From NCBI GenBank assembly GCA_040954595.2, contig JBECUI020000035.1, forward strand, positions 1 through 64,000: a DNA stretch of 64,000 bases, written 5' to 3'. Origin of the DNA: Balanoglossus misakiensis. Taxonomy: Eukaryota > Animalia > Hemichordata. Of this stretch, positions 24,193 to 35,500 are shown one piece after another; the first letter of the stretch is position 1, and the number at the start of each line of letters is the position of its first letter. A program made the translations under genes and the position numbers. The notes beneath the pieces are model-generated. The model was not told where the DNA came from and made no database searches. It saw only the letters and a list, made by a program, of their open reading frames with translations.

Positions 24193-26407
24193 TAGCTCTG
24201 CATGGCCTGGTTAATCAATGTTGACGCAAAGGTTGACCCTACCAAACACTCAAAATTAATGGGCACGACACTGGCCACTAGCTCTGCATGGCCTGGTTAA
24301 TCAATGTTGATGCAAAGGTTGACCCCACCAAACACTCAAAATTGATGGGCACGACACTGGCCACTAGCTCTGCATGGCCTGGTTAATCAATGTTGACGCA
24401 AAGGTTGACCCCACCAAACACTCAAAATTGATGGGCACGACACTGGCCACTAGCTCTGCATGGCCTGGTTAATCAATGTTGACGCAAAGGTTGACCCCAC
24501 CAAACACTCAAAATTAATGGGCACGACACTGGCCACTACAATGTAGCTCTGCATGGCCTGGTTAATCAATGTTGACGCAAAGGTTGAACCCACCAAACAC
24601 TCAAAATTGATGGGCACGACACTGGCCACTAGCTCTGCATGGCCTGGTTAATCAATGTTGACGCAAAGGTTGACCCCACCAAACACTCAAAATTGATGGG
24701 CACGACACTGGCCACTAGCTCTGCATGGCCTGGTTAATCAATGTTGACGCAAAGGTTGACCCCACCAAACACTCAAAATTGATGGGCACGACACTGGCCA
24801 CTAGCTCTGCATGGCCTGGTTAATCAAGGTTGACGCAAAGGTTGACCCCACCAAACACTCAAAATTGATGGGCACGACACTGGCCACTAGCTCTGCATGG
24901 CCTGGCTAATCAAGGTTGACGCAAAGGTTGACCCACCAAACACTCAAAATTGATGGGCACGACACTGGCCACTAGCTCTGCATGGCCTGGCTAATCAAGG
25001 TTGACGCAAAGGTTGACCCCACCAAACACTCAAAATTGATGGGCACGACACTGGCCACTAGCTCTGCATGGCCTGGCTAATCAAGGTTGACGCAAAGGTT
25101 GATCCCACCAAACACTCAAAATTGATGGGCACGACACTGGCCACTAGCTCTGGCCTGGCTAATCAAGGTTGACGCAAGGGTTTACCCCACCAAACACTCA
25201 AAATTAATGGGCGCAACACTGGCCACTAAGCTCTGGCCTGGCTAATCAATGTTGACGCAAGGGTTGACCCCACCAAACACTCATAATTGATGGGCACGAC
25301 ACTGGCCACTAGCTCTGGCCTGGCTAATCAATGTTGACGCAAGGGTTGACCCCACCAAACACTCATAATTGATGGGCACGACACTGGCCACTAGCTCTGG
25401 CCTGGCTAATCAAGGTTGACGCAAGGGTTGACCCCACCAAACACTCAAAATTGATGGGCACGACACTGGCCACTAGCTCTGGCCTGGCTAATCAATGTTG
25501 ACGCAAGGGTTGACCCCACCAAACACTCAAAATTGATGGGCACGACACTGGCCACTAGCTCTGGCCTGGCTAATCCAGGTTGACGCAAGGGTTGACCCCA
25601 CCAAACACTCAAAATTAATGGGCGCGACACTGGCCACTAAGCTCTGGCCTGGCTAATCAAGGTTGACGCAAGGGTTGACCCCACCAAACACTCAAAATTG
25701 ATGGGCACGACACTGGCCACTAAGCTCTGGCCTGGTTAATCAATGTTGACGCAAAGGTTGACCCCACCAAACACTCAAAATTAATGGGAACGACACTGGC
25801 CACTAGCTCTGCATGGCCTGGTTTATCAATGTTGACGCAAAGGTTGACCCCACCAAACACTCAAAATTAATGGGCACGACACTGGCCACTAGCTCTGCAT
25901 GGCCTGGTTAATCAATGTTGACGCAAAGGTTGACCCCACCAAACACTCAAAATTAATGGGCACGACACTGGCCACTAGCTCTGCATGGCCTGGTTAATCA
26001 ATGTTGACGCAAAGGTTGACCCCACCAAACACTCAAAATTAATGGGCACGACACTGGCTACTAGCTCTGCATGGCATGGTTAATCAATGTTGACGCAAAG
26101 GTTGACCCCACCAAACACTCAAAATTAATGGGCACGACACTGGCCACTAGCTCTGCATGGCCTGGTTAATCAATGTTGACGCAAAGGTTGACCCCACCAA
26201 ACACTCAAAATTAATGGGCACGACACTGGCCACTAGCTCTGCATGGCCTGGTTAATCAATGTTGACGCAAAGGTTGACCCCACCAAACACTCAAAATTAA
26301 TGGGCACGACACTGGCCACTAGCTCTGCATGGCCTGGTTAATCAATGTTGACGCAAAGGTTGACCCCACCAAACACTCAAAATTAATGGGCACGACACTG
26401 GCCACTA
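24193..26407. repeat. Minisatellite, 82-86-bp unit, about 26 copies
   Basis: Unit TAGCTCTGCATGGCCTGGTTAATCAATGTTGACGCAAAGGTTGACCCCACCAAACACTCAAAATT(G/A)ATGGGCACGACACTGGCCAC repeated head to tail without spacers. Confidence 0.97.
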
Positions 26408-27435
26408 CATGTATTTGTGATATTTTACATGGTTAACCACGCCTTGAGAAAAGTAATCATAAGAGAACTTTGTTTCCAAAGTTAGGGGAGAATAATCTAA
26501 CGGGAGATGGGAGTACCTCAGGCTACTGAGCTCGTTCCCTTCCTCATGTACTTTACTGGGCGTATTTGATGTACTATAATAATTCCGGACAATAAATGAA
26601 CGTAAATCAAATACGTTTCTCCGTGGATCACGGTTCTCGTCAGAGCCCGTTACCTCATCGCTACAGATTCCCCGATGCATGAACAATCATGAGAAACCAG
26701 CGGTAATACAAGTGTCACGATTGAGTTTTAACGATCATAGATCTTGTTTATGATTATGTAAGAAGTCGTTCACTTATATGGTTTTAGTCCAGTATTGACA
26801 TTGGTACTTGACCCAGAGTAAACAACATTGTGTAATTGATACATGTCAGAACGAGATAGAGATATCACGCGCTAAGTTCATGTTTAAGAAATATCAAGAT
26901 GACGTGTTCCTTTTATGACTTAATACTTGACTAACGTATTAATAAGGTGTGGTGAAATTTGAGATCACACATTTATCACCGGAGATCCGTGATGGGAGTC
27001 AACGAGCATGGATCGAGTCGTGTAATTCTTACGTGTGACCAGTAATAAACCAGAACTTTGTGTTACTCGGAAAACTTCTTGCAAGTCTCTGTCTACGAAA
27101 GGTTTACGATCTGCCGGGTACCTCTCTCGGACTTTATGAATATGTTGGGTGGAGAAGGAGATGAAGAGAATGTACGCCGTCAGCTTTCGGACGTGGCTGA
27201 TTCCCCACAGAAGCCGATGAGGTAAACGTCCGGAGGACGACCGGCCGTAACAACAAACTGCATGAATTAAAGTTCAACAATCCTTAGAAGACAGGAACGT
27301 CAGAGGTTGAATCTTGATGGGAAAAGGCGAGGTATCGCTGGTTATCATCGGCGTACTGATGAAATTGTAGGATGTGGGGACGAATCGGTTTACTATAAAG
27401 TTGGGCTATATAAATGGTGAACAACAGAGGGGCAG

Positions 27436-27590
27436 TGGCACCCCGTATACGAGAGGTGACTGTGAACTTGCAGTGTTTTCGATGATTACAGTTTGATATC
27501 TATATTGAAGGTAAGATGTAAACCGTGTTAGTACTGTGTCTGAGATGCCAAGGTTCGATAGTCTACAAAGAAGTATCCCGTGATGCAAAT
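27436..27590 (-). mobile_element. LINE (CR1/L2 clade) reverse transcriptase fragment
   Basis: HGILLCRLSNLGISDTVLTRFTSYLQYRYQTVIIENTASSQSPLVYGVP matches the conserved H.ILL.RL..LGI...L.WF.SYL..R.Q.V.......S......GVP(QGS) RT segment. Confidence 0.88.
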
Positions 27591-29332
27591 GTACAACTGA
27601 AGAAAAAAGGAATCACAAATCTTAAAACTAAGATGCCGTTAAGAATTAAATTTCGCGAAAAGGAAGTGACGAAATACGTACATTTTCAGGTGCTCTACAA
27701 CAAGTAGTCTCCCTATCATCCCTATTGGAGCATGCAGCTAAAATTTACCATGACGTCATTGATTCTACGCGAACGTTTTTCTAATGGCGATAAACATATT
27801 TTGTATGAATTGTGCTCAAACGCCCGTGAATCTCACTCGCAAAAATTCACAAGTGGCGCATACAACACTAGGAAGAAAATTGTTTAGCAGTCTATAGAGT
27901 TTGTGACCTGAGATTTGGAAGTAAAAGTTAAACTTAAAAGTTGAGACAGAAGTGATTGAAGAGTAAAGAAACTTTTGAAGTGTTAAGAAAGTTATCGCAT
28001 TCCTGATGAAAAGAAAAGAAAATACAATACATTCATTGTTTTAAGGAACACAAGGAAGACAAGTACTATGCAATCAGAGTATGCATGGATCATTCATCTA
28101 AAAATATATCTCCGCGTCTTTTGGCGGGTAAAAATAAAATGCTGGAACGGTCTTTTGGATGGCGGACTATTTGTGTCCTTCTTGTCCTCAGAACGCAAGT
28201 GGTCGAGTAGGTTTATTTCATTAAATTCTTATATTCTCAGTTGCTACCATAAATACCCAGTGTTCGTGTCGATGTATCTGGACGTCAGCACGATTCCATA
28301 TAGGTACCTCTCAGTATTAGCCAAGCGAGTTATCCCCATCGATAGAGTTTAATTCCCCGTTACATTCCCAACACCAATCCTCCCGCGTGACATTGAGGTT
28401 GAAGGTATACAAACCTTAGGAATCATGCAACCATCCAGAAAGTGTAATAAATTTTGAAGCTATGATGTGAGTTTTCAGTTCGTTTCTTCTTTTGATTTGT
28501 TGATGTAACATTGTGCGTTTTAAATAAAAGATAAAAAAATGTACAGCAATGACGTCACAAAATTCACTGGTATTGATAAAGCTATATTATATCATATATT
28601 ATATGTGTTAAATACTACCGTATCTCATTATTGCAGTATTTCGTGCTTTAACACAAAATACGCGAATAGGGTTTAATACAAAACTAAATGACACAATTTC
28701 TGTTTCTTTGCCAAAATTCTTAATCACAAGATCAACCCATCCTTACGCCTCTACTCTATTGCTAAGAGAAACCAGCGTCCGTAACATGCATTGTGAAACC
28801 CCTCAACAACATGCATGTCAACACTTCATTTTTTCTCCAGCATTGTCAGTTTGGTACCCTGACAACTCACGGGGCATCATGGGACAATATTAAAGCTGAT
28901 TCAGTGTTTATGTGCATAAAACACACGGCGGTGGAAACATTCGTTTTAAATTATTGTGGACGCGCGCACGCCCTTGTCTGTGTACAGGTACTTGATGCTT
29001 GTCTACAGTCACGTGAAACGCTGTTGGTAGTACCCTAGAAGATAGATATCTTTAATCAGAACTTTGGTAAGGAAGGTTTGAGAAGTCCATTCTATGTAAA
29101 GAAAGTTTAAGAAGTGTGTTACCAAAGGGTGTGGGGGTGGCTGGGGGGTCATCAATATATCACTCTGCATCACGTTCACAGAAAAGGTCGCGACACGCCC
29201 ACAAATCCACTCACGACTTGCGTCACCGGTTACAGGAGTTCGTACAAAAGTGTGGTTTATGCACATTTACACTGAATCAGTTTTTTTGGCCCATGATGCC
29301 CATGGGCAAATACAGGCCACGATGCCTCCAGA

Positions 29333-29575
29333 ATGATGATGGCAATGATGGTGATGATGATGATTGTGGTGGTGGTGGTGGTGGTGATTGAGCTTTAATT
29401 TCCCTTTCTTCCTGTCTAACCACTTCCTCTCTCACCTTCACTTATTCGGTCTCTCCCCTCCCCTTCTGTCAAAGTCCTCCCCTCATTCCCTTTCCATCCT
29501 GACATTCTCATTTCCGCCCTCTTGCTTTTCTTCTCCTTTCTCACATTCCTTTTCTCACCTCTCTCCCCCCTCCGT
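29333..29575. repeat. (GAT)n/(GGT)n run followed by a ~175-bp polypyrimidine tract
   Basis: Direct reading. Confidence 0.85.
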
Positions 29576-30209
29576 AACATGTTATGTAATATATAAAGTA
29601 AAAAAGTCCAAAGCATGATGTTATCACAGATGACATTTGGAATGTATTATTGTACTATCTGGTTTAATTTCAAACATAGTGGAGTTATTTATTGGCCAGT
29701 ATTTAAGCATGTTTAAAGAAGTCAAACAGCATAATAGGCACATTTCATATCAAACAAAATTGACCAAATAAGCTCAAAAGAGGATTTGAACAATTTGTCC
29801 CTTTAAGTAATGTTCAATATTGGATTTACACTTGTGATTGTATGTCATCTCCCTTTTGTTAGAAACCTCACAGTCATATAATAAACAGGTGACCTGACAA
29901 TCATTTGAAATACCAAACTTCGGCAGCTATTCCAGTTTGGTCCAAAAACCTAATTTTAACTGGCACCTCAACTTTAGGACTATTATGGATGTTGCTGAAA
30001 CTTGAAGTGGGCTGCTTGTGAAGAGGAAGACGTGGAGTGTCTCTCAGACAATGCTGCGCTCAGTCAGAGATAAAGTCAAAATATGGATTTGACTTGCAAC
30101 AGTAATTTGTTAGTTAAGTCAAATTCAACTTAAATATGTCTCTTTGGGTCAGTCTTAACGGGTGTAGCATGCTGGAAGGGTGTGCTTACCCATTTCCGAC
30201 ACCTAGTAC

Positions 30210-30659
30210 CACAGGGGGCTGCAAACATGAAAGTTATAAATGGCGAAGTACGTTCCATTCTGCGTTTTCCCAACCTGTCTTATCATTTGCTAATCCAGAA
30301 TAAAAGCTATCCATTTCCCATTAATCACCTGCTAACGACTTAATCTGTGTGCCCCATCCATGGATTAAGTTAATAAAGTAAACATCGGTCAGCCAGTACT
30401 GGGTATTCTCTTACCAAGTGAGAACTGACCGATGTTTACTTAATCCACTAAATCCGTGGATGGGGCACACAGATTAAGTCGTTAGCAGGTGCTTAATTGG
30501 AAATGCAATAGTTTGTATTCTGGATTAGCAACTGCTAAGACAGGTGGAGGTAACACAGAAAAATAAACAAGCACAAAGACTGTTCATCAATTAATGTTTA
30601 TTGGGGGAAAATGCAGGAACTCCGCCATTTATAACTTTCATGTTTGCAGCCCCCCTGTG
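30210..30659. mobile_element. Foldback MITE with CACAG termini (P-element-like)
   Basis: TIR CACAGGGGGCTGCAAACATGAAAGTTATAAATGGCG / CGCCATTTATAACTTTCATGTTTGCAGCCCCCCTGTG, an internal inverted repeat ~30275-30395 / ~30424-30545, and flanks CTAGTAC / CGAGTAC (6/7 match, probable 7-bp TSD). Confidence 0.8.
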
Positions 30660-32298
30660 CGAGTACTACCACTTAGCAGTGGTTCAAGATGATCCTGTTG
30701 AAATTGTAAGTTTTTCTCTTATTTCTTTTTTGAACCTGGACCTGGTAATTAGCTTAGCTTGAGTAATATTGATTATTGGACCTGGTTTGATGTCTTATTA
30801 TAACAACTACAGAAGAATCTCTGGACACAGTGAAATACACTCCAGGGTTATGGTAATGACTGACAAATTGTCAGTTTAAAAAAGTAGACAAAGAACTCAG
30901 TTAAATATTATAATAAAAATATGCTTTTAATATAAGGAAAAGGTACAATTGATATACTTGTAATTAAAACATAAATATAATGATGAAATTCTTCAACTGT
31001 TCTGTAGTTGCACCAGTATTTGTATAAGCTAAAAATGTTGACTTCTGGCAGGACAACTCAAACAGATATTAAACTTATTTATAGTACTTCCACTTCATGA
31101 CTTTGTTCAAAAATTTCCCAAACTTATTTCATTGTTGATGAGTTGTCACCTCCGAACAACACAAAAAGGAACAGTTTGTATAAAAAAGTAATTTTGCATG
31201 AATCTTAAACATACATGCACAAGTTGAGTGAATAACACAATATAATCATATTCTACAATGAATTACAATATCAAGATTAAGGGTTTCACATATGACATTA
31301 GATTGCTACATTTTATATACATGAATTTAATTTGAAAAATTTCCATTGATCTATAACACCATGAATAATATAAAAATATGCGAATAAATACTTTGAATTA
31401 TTATATATACATGTCAGGTCTCAAAGTGAGTAACTATATTTCCATTCACCTATGAACTGGTTATTAACCAAATGAAATGATAGGATCTTTTATTTTGAGG
31501 ATCTTATAATTGTGATCATACACATCCATATTCCAAAATTCGCATGCCAAACAAATATCAGATTTATACGGCCAGTTGTAAAGACAGTACAAGGGGCAAA
31601 AAAATTGATAATAGTTAATCATCATCTCCCTTCTTTTACAGTCTTGGAGAATGGTGACGGTTGAAGTCAAATTAAAGAAAAATATCAAGAAAAATATCAA
31701 AATTTGAAGCACTAATTCAGGAGGATATATATCATCGGGAGGTAGTCACTGAATATATTGAGAGAAATAATTCATAATCTATGCATTTGGATGAAAAGAC
31801 CTTCTATCTGATCAAGTTAAGGATAAATGCTGCCTTGTATGAATACAGAAGCAAGTCAGCATGCAAAGGGAGAGCTGAATTGGTACACTGTTAAATTTGT
31901 CCTCCAAATTCAACAAAAATATGTTGTTGTTTAGGAATTCTCGTATTATCATATCTTTTTCATTACACAATACCTTATAATAAGTCATAACAAATTTTTA
32001 AGGAAAATTCTTTAAAATATGTAAAATATATAGCCTTATAACCAACATACTTTAAAGATGATTATTTATGATCATTTCATTCAGATGTTGCTAAGAGTGT
32101 AATAATAAAGATCTGTTTCACTCCAACCAATTTAATGTGCGCTTATCACAGTACTGTCGTCTGACAAAGCATAACTATTATTGTTATCATTTATGGGATT
32201 ATACCAAGCTTATCACAGTACTGTGTCAACTCACAAAATGAAAACCATTCTAGTTATCATTTGAATTATACCATACATGTACACACAGAGATGGCACA

Positions 32299-32563
32299 TT
32301 AGAAGTATCTGTCTCCGTGACTCTCATGAAATAGTTCATTTCTACTCTTAAGAGGCCTTGGTCTCCATTCCTCACTTCCACTGGCACTACCACTGTCGCC
32401 ACTATACATGGGATTGTAGTGATAGATTTCTCTGAAGGCTTCCTCATCTTCCACACTTTTCCCTGCCTTGCTATCAACATCATCTGTATCATCAAACCAA
32501 TGGATATCCATAGTTGCCTCTTGTTCTTCCCAGCCTGGATGTTTCTTTCCTCCAAGAGCACAC
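32299..32563 (-). CDS. Terminal exon: cytoplasmic tail with NPxY (YNPMY)
   Basis: CATTCAG|G acceptor; (R)CALGGKKHPGWEEQ...REIYHYNPMYSGDSGS...GDRYF*. Confidence 0.85.
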
Positions 32564-35500
32564 CTGAATGTCAAATAGTTGAACATCATCAATGTGGGAT
32601 TTGTTGTGATGTTTTACTACTGTAGAATAACGCAGGTGGTTGTTGGACACTTTGCGGTCTGGTCGCGTGACTTTGCCTTGTTAGCCGCCATGCATGTTGA
32701 ACGCAAATTATACCATGATGCACTGCAGTTACCCTATACGCGAATAGGTCTATGCATGAACTCTTTGAATAAATTTGCTTCCACGATACAGATGTGATTA
32801 TTTTTCACGTTGCCTCATGCATGTATGGAAAGATACAGGTAAATTCCCAGTTTTCTGATGGGCAACATTTCTACAGCTGTCTCGATTCTACTCTGGTAGT
32901 ACTAAATAACTTACCGTTGGTACATGAGTAACATTATTACACCAAGCACTAACACAGCCGCTAAACCTCCCGCAACACCACCAATGATGACAGCTGTGTC
33001 AACGGAGGAATCTGTAAGAGTTTAAATATTTCTATTTGTCACGGGGGCGATATGCTACGATAAAAGCAAGACAACCATTCATTATGATGCTTAACTATTG
33101 TAAAATGGTTAGTTGACCAAAAATCTAGTTATACTGCAGATGTTGCAGTTTCACCATTTTCACAAATATTTTCAAGACAACGTAAACTGTAATCATGTAG
33201 ATCAAACAAATGTGTAAACTTTAGTGAATATTGTTTTTCAATCTTGAGTTATTAAAAGACAAAGAAATGTATACACACCTTTAACTTGCATTGGTATTCT
33301 CTGGCGGCAAGTTTCACCTTGATATTCATCAGTACATTCACAAACAGGATTGCCATCACTGTCCTTGATGCAAACAGCATTGTTTGAGCAGAACCCTTCA
33401 CATTTATCTAGACACAAGAATAAAATCACATCACATTATTCTACCTGACGAACCATTTGTATTAGACAAGAACTAAACCCACTTGCAGATTCATTTCTTA
33501 CAAACGGAATGGAAGTTGTGTGCTGTCGAACGTTGATTCACTATATATCCACATGTACCGGGTGAATAACATAAACAGTGTCTTGTATCAAACATAATTA
33601 ATGGAAAAAGGGCAGCAAGAGAGATACTAAATCAACAGTAGTTTCTACGTTTTAGCTGTACATATTTCTGTTGACATTTCAGTTGTAGATAGTTACATAC
33701 CTGTACAAGTTATTCCATCACCAGTGAAACCAGTTTTGCAAGTGCATTGATATCCTGGTACAAGATTCCTGCAAGTGACATTTGGGTGACAGTCATCCAG
33801 ACCAAGACGACATTCATGTGCATCTAGAAAACAAAAATTCTTGCAATGTCTTTAACTGACCACCAAATAAAACTATGGGATCTTCATACATATCACCAGT
33901 TAAAGGTATACGGTCACCTATGGAAAATTAGCTATAGTTACCATGGCAAAAGGAGATCTAGCCAATCACAGATTTTCAGTGGGTGGCACATGCAAAAAAG
34001 AGCGCCACCATATGTTCTTTAGAACTCTCATATACTCCATTTCAGCCATATATGGGCGTTTGTAAATTGGAGGTGACTGTATACCTTTAAGTTAGATGAC
34101 TACCCAGATGCAGTGCATGGTTATCACATTCCATAGCCTAACATGTAGAATTCTGAGAAAACAGTATTACAATATTGTTATTTCCGTGAAATTTTCAGAA
34201 AAGGTGTTAAAAGAGGAGCATTATTAAATTATATAAAAATATTGGATCACACAACATATCAAATGATACTCTAAATAAAGAAGAAAATTTCTTATAATGA
34301 AGTGTTTGTGTCAGATTGAACAGTTAAGGTTGATCTCCACAAGCACTTCATGCATGTTATCAGTTCTATGATTATGAAAAATTTATTCCTACCATCACAT
34401 TCTGTTTCATATAGGGCACCCTCTCTGCCTGTAGTGTAGCCAGTTGGGCATGGTTGACAAGCATCCTGGTTGAATTCAAAGTTATATGTTCCAACAGGGC
34501 ATTTCTCACATCTATAGGACTCCTGATTCAAGTACCAACCAACATTGCAGTAAGCTGTTGATGGAATGGAAAAAGAGCATAGAATAAAATTGGAGGACTA
34601 TCATTATTTTGAACAACTGAGGCACAATAATACAACCTTCAGTTCAGTACAGTTGAGATACAACATGAAAAGTTGTATACATAATACTTACAAACATTAC
34701 AATCTTCACTTAAGGTTGAACCGACTGTTCTTGTGGTGAAGCCAAATGGGCACGGCATACAAGATGGCTGAAGTTCAGCATTTGATCGATAGGTTCCCAT
34801 GGGACACGACTCACAAGACCCATTGACACTAAGTTGGACTCCCACTGATTTACATACCTCTGTAATTGAGAAGATTAATTTTTTGATATTCACGATTATC
34901 TGCTTTTCACTCACGTGAATTTGTTAAACTGTTGAATATGTTACATATCTGGCGGTTCTAAAGTAAAAACCTACTCGGAAAAAAGTTTACTGGATGCCGA
35001 AATATTGCTTGCCTGTCACTTACAAATGATAACGCCATGGGTACGTCACATGGCCAGATCATGTGATTGATAGTCAAGAATAGCAAATAACACAAGTACC
35101 TACCCTGACATTGTGACTCATCAGTAGCTCCTTCAACTAATGTAAGCATTCCCTTTGGGCAAGTATTACACACAAACTTTCCTTCTTCTGATTGCCAGAA
35201 TCCAATGGGGCAGCTTTGGCACTGAGAAGTCCCGTTGTCAAAGTAGTGACCAACATCGCACCTCTCTGCAATAGACATCATTGTTGAAAAATTATTTTTT
35301 CAACCAAAGAGATGAACATTCCAATTGTCATTCTTTCCATATTGGATCACACCACAATAATTTGATATATACGTCACAATTCCCGGCAAGGGGTATGGGG
35401 TTTTATCGGGCCAGTGGCATGAGTGAGGCTAGACGCTAGTTTTGGAATACGGCTAGATACTAGGCTATGGCTGTGGACGAGGAGGAGATATTGCCTTCTG

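Noticed and set aside
24193-26407. CRISPR array
   Set aside because: Units are contiguous near-identical repeats with no unique spacers, no cas genes, and a eukaryotic context.
32250-32561. Alternative-frame 103-aa ORF over the last exon
   Set aside because: The phase-2 junction from the TM exon selects the frame ending at 32299.
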